In this document: one piece after another, positions 1 through 12,900 of the stretch
How positions within the stretch are numbered: position 1 is the stretch's first letter
Layout of the letters: each line of letters begins with the position of its first letter
Made by a program: the position numbers and the translations under genes
Notes under the pieces: model-generated
Told to the model about the DNA's origin: nothing
The model's database searches: none
What the model saw: only the letters and a program-made list of their open reading frames with translations
Assembly: GCA_030704615.1 (NCBI GenBank)
Contig: CM060734.1
Span: 32,984,001-33,048,000 of the forward strand
Reading direction: 5' to 3'
Length of the DNA: 64,000 nucleotides
Source of the DNA: Takakia lepidozioides
Taxonomy: Eukaryota; Plantae; Bryophyta

Positions 1-9
1 ACGCAGGAC

Positions 10-731
10 TTGTCTATTCGTCATACACTTGACGTTATGCACTGTGAGAAAAACCTCATAGAGAACGTCATGAAGACAATTTTTGGAGAGAAAGACACCT
101 TAGGGGTGCGGAAAGACATGGAGGCAATGCAGATCCGACAACACCTGTGTCTTGTTCAAGAGCCTGGAAGACAGCCTGGGCAAACCAGGGAGGTATTGCC
201 TGATGCCCCCTATGTTTTCATAGCCGCGTGTTCGGAGAAATTTGTGCAAAGGTCTGGGACCCTTCCCGCATTAACAAACTGAGGGAAGATGCGGTACTAA
301 CCCTGTGCATGTTAGAGAAGGAATTCCCCCCTTCCTTCTTTGATGTGATGACCCACCTACCGATTCATTTAGTGGACGAGTTGGACATATGTGGGCCTGT
401 GGGGACAAGGTGGTGCTATCCCATGGAACGATACTTAGGTGACCTAAAGGGGTATGTGCGCAACAAAGCCAGGCCTGAGGGCAGCATGGCGAGGGGTCAC
501 ATCATAGATGAAGCACTTGGGTTCTATACTGAATACCTTGCGCAATACCGCCACAGTAGACGTCGTGTGTGGGACCAAGAGGAGGACCCCGGGGTAAGTG
601 GGGAGGTGTTACAAGGTAGTGGGCAGAAAAAAGATATTTCAGCTTTGTTGAGGGATCTAGCCCGCACCTATGTGTTGCAGAACACTGATGTAGTTGCTCC
701 ATACATGCGAGGCTATGAGGTAGAGAAATAA
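10..731 (+). mobile_element. CACTA/En-Spm transposase (TnpD/Tnp2, DUF4218 region) remnant, frameshifted
   Basis: LDVMHCEKN motif, then LEKEFPPSFFDVMTHLPIHLV...GPV..RWCYPMERYL..LKGYVRNKARPEGSMA, typical of plant CACTA transposases; split over two frames. Confidence 0.9.
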
Positions 732-977
732 ATCGCCCTTTTTGAATCGAAAGATAGCAGATTCCACCTTTTGAGGAGTGGTTCCAGATAACAGTTGACA
801 ATCAGGTGAGGGATGGGGTGGATGTGAGGCGGCTATATTTGCGACCGTTGTTGACTGTCCAGTGACTGCCTGCATTGGGCAGATACTGTGGGTTCAATCC
901 CCACCCATGTCAAGGGCAATCAAAGCAGCTGTTGATGTGCAGGTAGATTTAGGAGAACTTGACATGGCTTGATGTTG

Positions 978-1220
978 TCATAGAGGGCAACTGCTGAGGA
1001 GGTGGGGATGCGAAGGGATGAAGCCCAACCACATCACGTTTGTTTGTGTTTGCAATGCTCCTGCAAGTCTGGGAGCCCTGGAAAAGGGGAAAGAGGTCCA
1101 TGGTGACATCGTCAAAGCTGGAATTGTGCCAGATGTCATTTTGAGCACTGCCCTAGTAGACATGTATGCCAAATGTGGGTGCATTAAGGATGCAAAGGGA
1201 GTTTTGAACATTATGCTGCA
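978..1220 (+). pseudogene. PLS-class PPR gene fragment
   Basis: KPNHITFVCVCNA..SLGALEKGKEVHGDIVKAG...STALVDMYAKCGCIKDAKGV (L/S PPR motifs). Confidence 0.85.
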
Positions 1221-1390
1221 AGAATCACCTCCGGTCACAACCATGCAACAACCTGAATTGTTGAGTGTACTTACAACACTGGGTTGGCTACCAAAAGTTT
1301 AAACACCAATCAAGTGACTGATTGGCTGAGAAAGTAACAGACTGACATTCTGTTGCATGCAGGTTGTTATAAAGTAGCACGGCATGCCTA

Positions 1391-3676
1391 CGGGTTGCTC
1401 AGAGAGAGAGTGGAGCCAGAGCTCCAAAATCTGTCCAGTGAACTTCCTGATGTGCAGGTAATACCCCCACCAGCACCACAAGTTCCAGAAGAGGAACATC
1501 AGGACACAGCAGCATCTGGGAGAAATGAGGAAATTGAGAAGGATGATCTGGTGGAGCAGTGGCCTGAGTGGTTTGTGAGGCATCATCCTATGGATGAGAG
1601 GGGTGAACAGTAGCATGTTAACCATGATGGGCCTCGGCAGGTTATGCTGATGAACTCCATAAGCCGAACCCTCAATTTGTTGGGAACTTACATGAAGTCA
1701 CATGTTCCAGTGACTCAGTTGGAAGTTCTGAAGGAGGAACTCAGAAAAGAGTTCGAAAATCGGTTGGCAACCGAGTGTGTTAACAAAGTTGAGATGGAAG
1801 TGCATCTGCAGTTGCAACAGGAGTTGAGGGAAACAAAGAATGCTCTGCAATTTGCTAAGCAGCAACTGATTGAGGGGGGTCTGGAGCAAGACCATCTGCA
1901 GGAGATACACAAGCAGCAATTATTCCAATTGCAGAACAAGCATGAGGATGAGATGCAAGGACTAAAGGAACAACAGGAGTTGGAGGTAGTACATCAAAGG
2001 ATGACGGTGCAATGTGCCACCCTCACAAATGTTCTAGAGCAAGCCACAACAGAAGCCAACCAGCAGAGGGAGCGATGTGTAAGGGCAGAAACGGAGGTAG
2101 TGGAGCAAGCCAAATTCATTGTGGACCTCAAAGATACAATATGTCACAATGAGGGTGCTTTACAGCAATACAAACAGGTTGAGGCTAACCAGGAGAAGTA
2201 CATTGTGGAGTTACAACAGACCTTATGTCGAATAGGAATCAACTCTCTGTAGCTAACAAGGCAGCGAGGGAAGCCAATAATCTGGCTGCAGCTTATGCCA
2301 ATTTAGTTGAACCTCATGAGAAGCGCATGCAAGGATTGCAACAGCAGTTAGATGTCTATAGACTCAAGGAGGAGCAGAGTCTCAGAGATGTTACATAGGA
2401 CAGAGTGGATGACCAACTTTTAAAAGTATGGTTAGCACAAGGGCCGTGGAAGGGAAAGCACCGAGAAAGCTCACCCAGGGGGAGATGAATGACCTGAGGC
2501 TGCAAGTGCAGAATATTGCCACCACTACTATAGACAATGTCTATAGTAGAATAGGAGAGCTCCAAGAGGATGTGGATACACTGCAGACTCAAGTGGAAGA
2601 CTTGAGTTCAAACATAGACCAAAGGCTCATGATTCCTGAAGAACATCACATGGAGGCGTATTTGAGGGCCAGAACTCTAGTTTTGGGGTCTTCTTCGCAG
2701 GGGATGCCAATGGTGGAAACACCAATAGAACCAGTTTCACAGCAGGTGGCTGTACAGGTTACTGAATCTCCTATGACAGCAGTTGCACGGCCTGAGGTAT
2801 GGGGAAATGCTGCTTTCAAACCACCCAAGACTCATGCTGCACGGGAATACAACCGAGCAATGATCATGCCCTTCAATGAAATTCCAAATAGCTTGGATTT
2901 GGCTTGGAATCAATTTGGTCCTCCACAATCCTTTCCACACTACTACCAAATAATGCGCATTTGGTTGTCAGTGGCTACTCGGACTAAGATTCTGGCAATG
3001 AATCAGCTCATTGAGGATCATCATTTTTCAAGATCATTGGACCTTACATGTGGTGCCGCATCATACGTATTTATATGATGTGAAAATCATGTTACAGAAG
3101 GATTCACAACTCCGTTCATGGTTTAACATGGCCTGGAACAACTTGAGCAACGAAAAACGGCATATTGACGACATTTTTAATAAGGAGCAGACAGCTTGGC
3201 AATACCTATACTGCTCCAAAGTTACTGGCACACCTCTCACCTATACTGAGAAGGAATTGTTGAAGTTCAATCAACTTGCTTTCCACAGGTTACACAACGT
3301 TGTGAAGCTTAAGGTTCCTGACATGGTGGGGCCACACTGTATGCCAATTTTCATTCCAGAGAAACCAAGAAAGGCAAGAAAACCAAAAAACTACAGGACT
3401 GAAGCAGATTCGGACACAACGGCTGAAACTTCAGAACAAACTCTTGACATATGGGAGGAATATGATCAAGCATTGCACGACAAGAAACGGCGGGGATCTC
3501 CCACACCAGAGCCATTACAGCCGGTTCAGTCAAAGGGCAACAAATCAGGTTCAAGTACAGCTCAAGCATCTCCAGCAAGCAGTCATAGAACTCGGGCACG
3601 TACAGAGAGCCCTCCACGACACTCTCACAAACAGACAGGACCACGTTCACAAAGATTTACTGATCCTAAGCAGTAA
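1391..3676 (+). pseudogene. C-terminal half of the Gypsy extra 3' ORF (ORF3), degenerate
   Basis: ORFs 1353-1613, 1644-2252, 2428-3078 and 3011-3676 align with the C-terminal two-thirds of ORF 18366-21614 (QWPEWFVRHH, VQNIATTTIDNVYSRI, EVWGNAAF, SQRFTDPKQ*); stops and a ~200-bp deletion at ~3031. Confidence 0.9.
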
Positions 3677-3697
3677 ACCGTGAGGACACGGCTTTTT

Positions 3698-3714
3698 GAG
3701 AAGGGAAAGGGTAA
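3698..3714 (+). other. Polypurine tract
   Basis: GAGAAGGGAAAGGGTAA immediately before the LTR start TGTTAG. Confidence 0.85.
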
Positions 3715-4643
3715 TGTTAGGAGGCAGTCTGGGACTTAGGCATTTTTATGGGTTCTGTGGAGTCTGGGACTTAGACACTTCTATGGGTTCTGAGGGGTAC
3801 CCTTAATTTTTTGAGATAGCCCGTCACAGCCAGTCACAGCCCGACACAGTCATAGCCCGTCACAGCCATACACAGCCCGGCACAGCCAGTCACAGCCCGA
3901 CACAGTCACAGCCCGTCACAGCCATACACAGCCAGTCACAGCCCAACACAGCCCGAAATAGCCGTCACAGTCTGACACAGTCGCACAGTCAGTCATAGCT
4001 GTCACAGTCGTAGGGGACGGTTACCATGACAGGGAACGACTGTGGGGAACAACATCTGTCGGGGAACATGTAATTCACGGAGGACGGTTAGTGAAGGGAA
4101 ACGGTTAGAACAGGGGGGAAGGAGATAAAGCGGGCAGTGGAGACGGGAGAGGAGGACTTTTTGGGGATGGAGATCACTGCTGGGGGACTTTAGCCACGGA
4201 GATCACTCCTGGGGAAGGACTAAGATCGAAGGAAGGGAAGCTGGCGAGGAGGAAGGAGATACTATAGGACAGAGTTAGTACGAGATGTAGGATTACTTAG
4301 AGGGATAGATTAGAGAAGTTAGGACATCAGCATGTATCCGATTATGATTAATCTGATTCTCATCCGATACAAACACCTTGTGTTGAGAGACTTGAGTGAA
4401 GTTGTGTATGAATGAAATCAGGGGGCCCAAGAAGCAATCTGACGCTTAAAAAGATACCTGGTCATGATAAACAGGGAATATAAACTGATAAGGAATATAA
4501 TTGGAAACCCAACAATGATTCACTAGCTGCAGGTCATGACTGATTGTTTCACGCGGGCTGAATGCTTAGAGATATCCAACTCTTCTATCTTGGAGTTTCC
4601 CCCTCGGATAGCGAAGGGATGGGTGAGTAAAAGCCGTGTGACA
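3715..4643 (+). mobile_element. 3' LTR (929 bp), Gypsy family subfamily A
   Basis: TG...CA ends, preceded by a PPT; 3' ~400 bp are nearly identical to the reverse complement of 14166-14569; 35-bp tandem duplication at ~3727-3795 and CACAGCC repeats at ~3818-4010. Confidence 0.92.
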
Positions 4644-4744
4644 GTTGTCTTTCCCGTCCTGGACTGAGCTTGCTAAATGACATCGAGGCCCTTGGTAAAG
4701 GGCACAATACCACATTGCTGGATGGCTGAAGCTTTCTCAAAACC
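4644..4744 (-). pseudogene. eIF4A: eIF4A DEAD-box helicase exon fragment (Q motif/motif I), cut by the LTR
   Basis: [32 protein letters not shown] matches eIF4A GFEKPSAIQQRGIVPF.KGLDVIQQAQSGTGKT; internal stop. Confidence 0.88.
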
Positions 4745-5081
4745 GATGAATCTGAGGAACCTGAGTGGGATGAGCTGCAAGGAGAAACTGACATCAATCA
4801 GTATGGAGGCAACAGTGAGAATGTCACAGAAAGAATGCAAAGGGAGCTGTTGCAACTTGCAGCAAAGGAAGGTTATAAAGAAGATTTGTTTATGCTAGTT
4901 CTTGTATCTGAGAGGGAGGAACGCGAGCCAAACATTTGGAGTGATATACAAGCATACATGCAATCACAGAAAGGGCAAGGTTAAGTGATAAGTTGCCCCA
5001 CTGCTTATCTGTCTCGCATCCTCACTGGCAGGTCACGGCGGTCTCTCTCTCGCGCTTTCAGCGAACAGTTATTGAAATAGT

Positions 5082-5250
5082 ATGGCAGGATCTGCACCCG
5101 AAGGTTCTCGGTTTCACGCTTGCCAGTATGACGCCAAGATGGGGTCCATCTTCAGTAGAGAGGGCGATGATTTCATTTTAAAATTGGAGGAGGTCCATGA
5201 AACCTTTGATGCTATGGGCCTCCATGAGAATTTCCTGAGGGGCATTTATG
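5082..5250 (+). pseudogene. eIF4A: eIF4A N-terminal fragment
   Basis: MAGSAPEGS.F...QYD.K...EEVHETFDAMGLHENFLRGIY matches the plant eIF4A N-terminus. Confidence 0.88.
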
Positions 5251-5439
5251 AAATACAAAAAAAACTTGAGATGACTGGGCACATCCTTTTCCAAACAGTA
5301 CCTTCGTGGCGTATGCCCCCTCAAGTACCCCACACCATTGTCACAGATATCATGCAACCATGTACACGGGGGCTAGCCCTCCTCTTGCGCTTATTTCTAC
5401 CCAGCTCCACCTCATCTGTCCACTACATCCACACATGTC

Positions 5440-5523
5440 ACGAAAGGTCTCCAAAAAGCCTCCATCCCGTGCCCCTGTTGTGCATTCCCTGCAAGCATCG
5501 CGTTCCATGACACTACATCTTGT
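5440..5523 (-). pseudogene. PPR motif fragment
   Basis: Reverse strand reads QDVVSWNAMLAG.AQQGHGMEA; similar to 46890-46970. Confidence 0.75.
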
Positions 5524-6915
5524 TTAGTCTTCATAGAGAAGATCACCTCTCTCAATCTCTGCCACCACTTGCTCTGTAGTTGGAATATCTAACCCTTCTG
5601 TTTCCAAATCTATTATTTGTGGAGGAACCGCATGGACCACTTGTGGTAACTCTTTGGCAAGCCGTTCACCTGGCTGTGATGGCTGTGATACTGAATTGAC
5701 TTCCTGTTCCCTCTCCACAGGTTGTGCTGTTTGTAACCCTTGATCTCTGTGCTGCTGTACCCTCTCCTGCACAAGAGCTTGAGTAACTTCTTCCTCCTGC
5801 TGCCGTGCAGCTAATGGTTCGGCTTCCAACGTGATCCCTTTCCTCTGTCTTTTGGGCTGTTGATGCATTGCCAATCCTCCTTCACCCTGTGAAAAACCTT
5901 GCTCTTCTATGGTAGTGGTTGTTATTTCAAACACTCCCATTTCCTTCCTTTCTCTCGCATCAAGTACGCATGAGTCTAGGATGATTTGTGCAATGACTGG
6001 CCCAGATACTATGATAGGAGATTTAACGGCAGTTCCCTGCAATCTTTTCATCTCCTCTACCAGTCCGTTGTACATGATGTTCTCCCATGCTACCTCTTCT
6101 CCTCTCAGGCCTTTGAGTATTTCCTCTGTGAAGGATATGCTCAAATACTGCTGGTTCTGTTTCATGGCAAACAGAACGTTCAATATCTGGCCTACCTCCT
6201 TGAGCCCTGGGTACACCGCTTTGGTACAAGCATAGCCTTGAGTTTTAAAGAAACTCCCTTCTTCAAACAAATCTTTCATCTGCAATCTAGCCCTGTGCTC
6301 GTCCACATGAACCTGACCTGCTGGCAATGAAAACAGTTGCTGTAGGTATAAGGGAGTAAGTTCTAATTCAACTCCCTTCACCATTGTGGCTCCTGTCTTT
6401 GGGTCAAAGTTCTGCAAGAATTCTAACATGTACTTCCGATGGTGCAATGTCCAATCCTTGTTTTGCAATCCTTGTAATCGCAGTTCCTCTAGTAACTTCA
6501 CCGCGTATGGCGTCGCAATCGTCTGTTTCTGCAGGATTGTGGTGCTTTTCACCTTGATGTCCTCCATCCCTCTTACTCTCTTCATTTTAGAGAAACCATA
6601 AGGCTGTGGCTGTAACAACTGAAGTAATGCCTGCAGAGCACAAAGCACAAACGTATGATTGCCACAAAATGCTATGGGTAATGTCCTGTAAACCTGCGGG
6701 GCTTGCAAGCATGGATCAAGAGAAAAGTTACTCTCTGTTCTTCTGTTTCCTCGCCACTGCGTGAGTAGTATCGCGAGCGTATAATCTGCTAGTTCCCTCA
6801 TAGCTTCAAAACTATCGCATTGATTGTCTGTCCCGTCGAGACGCCCGTTACTTGGAACGACGCCGACTCTTACGCTCAGAACCTTTTTACTTTCTTGAAG
6901 TTGCTCCTGCTTCAT
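5524..6915 (-). CDS. ORF3 N-terminal half plus linker (plant transposon protein-like domain); conserved Met at 6585
   Basis: Clear homolog of 18366-21614; same frame as pol, separated from it only by TAG at 6922-6924. Confidence 0.8.
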   Translation of the reverse strand: MKQEQLQESKKVLSVRVGVVPSNGRLDGTDNQCDSFEAMRELADYTLAILLTQWRGNRRTESNFSLDPCLQAPQVYRTLPIAFCGNHTFVLCALQALLQLLQPQPYGFSKMKRVRGMEDIKVKSTTILQKQTIATPYAVKLLEELRLQGLQNKDWTLHHRKYMLEFLQNFDPKTGATMVKGVELELTPLYLQQLFSLPAGQVHVDEHRARLQMKDLFEEGSFFKTQGYACTKAVYPGLKEVGQILNVLFAMKQNQQYLSISFTEEILKGLRGEEVAWENIMYNGLVEEMKRLQGTAVKSPIIVSGPVIAQIILDSCVLDARERKEMGVFEITTTTIEEQGFSQGEGGLAMHQQPKRQRKGITLEAEPLAARQQEEEVTQALVQERVQQHRDQGLQTAQPVEREQEVNSVSQPSQPGERLAKELPQVVHAVPPQIIDLETEGLDIPTTEQVVAEIERGDLLYED

Positions 6916-6921
6916 GATTGG

Positions 6922-9900
6922 CTATAACCGCTGTGACTGGATTTTAGAATTAATTTTCTTTAGTGGATTTTCCCTGCTGGCCTGTCCACTAGGATAACAC
7001 ACGTGACAAGAAATTCGTTTTTCTGTACTCGCCGTATGTTCCGTTACCATTTTTCCGTATGCATTAATGGGCCCGCCATCCATCCTCTTTGACGTAGTAG
7101 GTAGGTACTTTGACGGCCACTCCTGTCCTTTTTCTTGATGACACTTGTTCTTGCAGCTCCTTCTCAGCTGTGCGTCACGGCCTGACTTCCACGCGTCCAC
7201 TTTTAAACTGACTTCCGCCCTTTCTTCCGCCGGCCATTTCCCTGATGTTTTCTTTCGTCCACCTGTCACTAATCCTATGGACTGTGTAATTCTGATTGGC
7301 TGTGTGAGGCTGTGACAGGCTATGCCGCCCTGTGCTAGGCTGTGCGCGATTGTGTGACACTGTGCTGGGCTGTGATAGGCTGTGTGACCCTGTGTTGGGC
7401 TGTGATGGGCTGTGTGACCCTGTGTTGGGCTGTGATGGGCTGTGTGACCCTGTGTTGGACTGTGATAGGCTGTATGACCCTGTGTTGGGCTGTGATAGCT
7501 ATTTAAACATCTGTGTTTTCCGCTCCTCACCGGTTTAACGACAAGTATTCTATGCTCCGTTGGTGTTACTGGAACAGCCTGTATTTGCTCCTGTGGTTCT
7601 ATATGCAAATCGTGCCTCAATGGCTTGTCATGGATACCACTGTATCCTTTCAACTTGTTGGCATTGACCCTGCCCAGCATTTCTTTGTTAACGGTTTGTA
7701 ACATGGCCGTGTTGTTATCATACATCTTTTGTATGACGTAAGGTCCCTTCCATGGCGATTTAAGCTTAGAAGCCTTAATCTTTCCCTTCTTCTGCAACCA
7801 CAAAACCAAATCTCCTGTTTTGAAAGTCTTCAACTTCCCTTCATCAAACTGATCCTTTCTTTTCATCTGTATTCTCGTCATGTTGTCAGCTGCATCAGCT
7901 CGTACTTCCTCCATATGGTATAATTCATGTTTCCTTACCTTAATTGAATCTTCCAATTCCATTCTTCTTCCCCATTCAGTTCTCATAGTAGGTAATAAAA
8001 ACTCCACTGGAAGTAAAGCTTCCATACCATAAACTAATTGGAATGGTGTATACTTAGTGGTGACTTTATATGAAGTCCTGTATGACCACAAAGCTGTCAG
8101 TAGCTTTGTATCCCAGTCTGTTCTGTTTGCATTGACTATTTTAGCCAAGATGGTACATAGTATTTTGTTGGTAGCCTCTGCCTGTCCATTACCTTGTGGG
8201 TAATAGGTTGTACTTTTCCTATGCACAATCATGAACTCCTTAGTCAAGAGTTCTATGGTCTCATTGATGAAGTGACTTCCCTGATCACTGATAAATTCCA
8301 GGGGACAGCCAAACTGTGTAAGTATGTTCTCATACAGGAACCTGGCTATGGACTTAGCTGTGTTGTCCCTCAGAGCTTTAGCTTCCACCCACTTCGTAGT
8401 ATAATCAGTAGCTGTGATTATATACTTGTTCTGTGTATTCTTGGCTGGTGGGTTTATTGGTCCAACAAAGTCTAGTCCCCATTTCTGAAATGGTTCAGTA
8501 GGCATTGTAGGATGCAAAGCCATCTTTCCAGACCTCTGCAATGGTCCTAGCCTCTGACACTCATCACAAGTTTTACAATACTTGTGCACATCTTTGAACA
8601 AGGTAGGCCACCAGTAACCGGCAAGTAGTATCTTCCTACTGGTAGTCTCTTCTCCAAAATGGCCCCCTACCACTCCTTTATGAATTTCTTCCAAAACTTT
8701 ATCAACTTCATGGTGGTATAAGCATCGCTTCAGCACTCCATCTGGTCCTAGCTTATACATTCTGCTTCCTACCATAGTGTAAGGTAAAGCCTTGATAGCA
8801 ATTCTCTTTCTCTGCTCCTTCCCATAACTTGGTGGACATTGACCATGAGTAAGATAGTATCTGATTGGCCATTGCCAATCTAACCAATCATCTGCACTTC
8901 CCTGCACCTCCACGGCAAATAAGCTCGCATCTGGTAATTGATCATCTACTCCTGTGGCTGGTTCACGTGTTGATAACCGTGACAAGTGGTCCGCCACAAG
9001 ATGCAGCCTCCTAGGCTTGTAAATAACCTCAAACTCAAATTCGTGTAAGATTATCAACCATCTTGCTATTCTTCCGCTTATCAGAGGTTTGTTTACCAAT
9101 TATATCAAAGCTTGGTGATCCACATAGAACATAAACTTCTTACCCAACAAGTAATGCCTGAATTTCTTCACTGCATAGATCATTGCCAATGCTTCTCTTT
9201 CTGTTGTGCTATAATTTCTTTCAGCATTGTTCATTAATCGGCTAGCATAGTACACAGGTGAATCTATCCTTCCTGTAACATTTTGGGCTAGCACCGCTCC
9301 CAATGCTTCTCCTGAAGCATCACAGTGAACATGGAACATTTCCTGCCAGTGAGGATTAATCAATACAAGTGTAGTTCTCATTGACAATGTCAGTTCCTCA
9401 AAAGCCTGTTGACATTCATCTGTCCATGCAAACACTGCGTCTTTTTTTTAAAGTTTGCTCAAAGGTGCTGCCATCTGTGCATACCGTCTGACAAATCTTC
9501 TGTAGTAGCTGGTTTGTCCCAGGAATCTCCTTAGACTCTTAGCATTTACTGGAGGTGGGGAGGCTTTAATGGCCTCCGTCTTTCTGGGATCCACTAGAAG
9601 TCCCTTTTTACACACTATGTGTCCCAAAAGTACCCCTGAGTTCACACAGAAAGTACATTTCTCTCTGGATTCAGGCCCAGACCTCTCATCCTGCATCTGG
9701 CCAAGCACAACTCCAATTTATGTAAGTGCTCACTCTTAGAGCTATACACACTGAAATCATCCAAGAACACCTGCATGAAATCATCAAGGTACTCCTGAAA
9801 AGATTCACTTATAACTCTCTGGAAAGTTGCTGGTGCATTACAAAGTCCAAAAGGCATATGACTTTGTATGCATAAGCACCCCAGTCTGTGATGAAAGCTG

Positions 9901-12900
9901 TTTTTCCTTGATCTTCCTCTGCCACCTGTACTTGATTATAACCACTGAAGCCATCCATGAATGAATACATTTCTTGGCCTGCCACAGTGTCTAATACTGC
10001 TTCTGTGAATGGTAGAGGAAAAGGATCCTTCCTCGTACAAGCATTCAGCTTCTTGTAGTTCACACAAACTCTTAGTTTGCCATTTTTCTTGGGGACTATC
10101 ACAATGGGTGACAACCAAGTTGTGTACTCTATCGGGTATATGAATTTAGCTTCAGCCAACTTTTTGATCTCTTCTCCAACCTTCTCTGCATAGTTGGGAT
10201 TCATCCTGTATCTCGCCTGTTTAACTGGTATTGATCCTGGTTCCAGTTCAATCTTATGTTGACAGATCTCAGGTGGTATCCCCTTCAGATCCTCATAGCT
10301 CCAAGCAAATACATCTCTGTATTTAATGAACAGACTCTTTGCTTCCTCAAAGAATTCTGGCTCTAGATCCGCCCCTACCTTCACCATCCTTGGTTCCTTC
10401 TCAGTTCCCACATTCACTTCCCTCACCTGCTCATCAGCTGTGATTGTCCAACCAGTTACTATTTCATCCTGTAGACTTACAGTGGCTGGTTCCTCTAGGA
10501 TATCAATCTCTCCTTCCCTTTCCTCATAAAAATGTGGTGGGTAACTATATATTTCCTCCTCAATTGGGGTTGTTGTCACTGCACCACAGTAGATACTTTT
10601 TAAACAACTCAGGCCTTCTAATTGCATCTCTGCAACCTGTTCCCACTCTGGGTGTGCAGCGAACAAAGTAGCTTCCTATTCCTCATCCAGTCCTTCTTTC
10701 CCAATCATACTCTCTAACCCCTCTTGGTCTTCTTGTAGCAGATAGTCTTTCAGATTTCTTAGTGGTGATTTGTATCTTGTTCAACCCATCCTGCACAGTC
10801 AGTAACTGTGAATTCCAATCATGAGACACTTTGGCCTGTTTCAGCCATGGTCTTCCCAACAATAAGGAATAAGCTTCCAGGACTTCATTCATCTTCAACA
10901 CAGTTACTGTGATCTTAAAGATCATCTCTTGAATCTGGATTTTAACTCCTCTGATCAATCCCAATGGCTGTACACTCCTTTGGTCTGCCATGGTTACTGT
11001 AAATGGGGCTGGTTTCATGTTGTTTAGACCTAGCTTCTACCTCAATTGGTCTGTCATGATATTCACACCAGAGCCTCCATCTATCAGTACATCTGCCAGT
11101 CTCTGTGCTTCCAATTCTCAACTGGATAACTGGCATAGAATCATCAAAATCCATGATTGTTTCTTGCCCTTCTGGCCTCACATTATAACTGGTCACCTTG
11201 CTGTTCAGGTCTGTGTTCTCTGTCAAATGGGCAATCCTGTTGATTGCTTGATACAACCTGTGTCTACAATAAGGTGCCACAGCTAATAGCTGTCCAATGG
11301 TAATTTCCACTTTGGACTGGCATATCACTTCAGCCAATGTCCCTTCCTTACCCTGCACTTCTGCGGCTTCCCTCTTTCCTTCTTCCTCACTGACTTCTTC
11401 TTCTCCTTCAGAGTCTGAGGAGTCTACCATGGGAATATCAGTACTCTTTGCATTTCCCGTATGGTATCCGCCACTTCCTTGTGCAGTTCCTTCTCATCTC
11501 TCCAAGCCTCATCATCTTCAGGCACATCACTGCCATCTTCATTATCATCAACTTCATCTTCCACTGGAGGTACTAATTTGGCTCTGCTTCTTGTTACTAT
11601 CATTGTACTCACTTCCGGTACAATACATGGCCTAACCATGTGGGCTGCCACTACTGGCCCCTCATTCCCAGGAGCTCTCATCTCATTCTGGTGTCTGATC
11701 CAGAATGGACAAGCCGCCTTACGATGTCCTGCCTGATTCAATAGTACACAGTTCTTCTCCATTGGGTCCTCGCCCTTGGTCTGTTCTGGGTTATTTCTGT
11801 AATCCTGATTCCCTGGCTGGTAATTCCCTCTTGGATTACCTCTCCTTTCCATGCCATTGTTATAACCACCTGTCCTACCATAGTGGTCTTGATCATTGTT
11901 TCTTCTTGGCTGGGGTTGCACTTGATGCACCCTTACCTGCCTAGGCTCTCTTACTGCTGTTCTTCTGTTGTAGTAACAATTCTCAGTAGAATGGTTATCC
12001 ATTTTACAGATAGTGCAGTGTTTCTCCTTCATGTGGCATTCAGTAGTGGTGTGGCCTTCATTCTGGCATTTTGCACACCAAACACCCTTCCTCCAATGTG
12101 TTGCAGCCTCTGTGGCATACTTTTTCAAGATTTCTTCTAATCTCTTCTCATAATTTTCCCTCTTCATCTTTTCCTTCTTTTTACTCTTCTTTTTATGCTC
12201 CATCTCCTCTTCTTCTTCTGACTCATCCTCAGAGTCCTCTTCATCTCTTTTCTCCTTCCTGAGCATTCCCAACTGCTCAATTCTGTTTGCTGTTTCAAAT
12301 GCCTCCTCCACTGTATTGTGGGGTAACATGTCTACTTTCTTTTGCAACTCTGGCCTTAGTCCATTCACAAACCAAGCCTTCTGCAATCCTGGTGCTGGTA
12401 TAGCAGCCAACTTTTTCATCATCAACTCCATTTTCTCCATATACTCTTCAACAGTTTCATGCTTCTTCTGCTTCAGCTGCTGTAAACTCCCATACACTTC
12501 ATCCTCAGTTTTACTGGTCCTGAACCTATTTCGGAACGCTGTACTCAAGCCATTCCAGGTTAGGAAATGATTATCAGGGAATCTTGCATACCATTCACTG
12601 GCTTTCTTTATAAGTGAACACGGAAACAGTCTCATCTTGGCATCATCGCCATTCTCATTGTTCACTATACACATGTGCTCAAATTGGCTAATGTGTACAT
12701 CAGGATCCCCTTTCCCTGAATATATCGGAAAAGGTGGTTTAGCCCGTGTTGGTTGTAACGCCATCTGCGACCCTACACCCTGCCCCCTGACAGTTGTTGG
12801 CCTTTTGGCTGATGCTGGTCCCTGTGGACCTGTAGTATTTGTGGTGGTTCTTCCACCAATTACTGGCCCCTGAACCCTTCCTGCTCCTGGCCTTTCTATA

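Noticed and set aside
885-910. tRNA-like T-arm gtgggttcaatcccac
   Set aside because: No D-arm, anticodon arm or acceptor stem could be built
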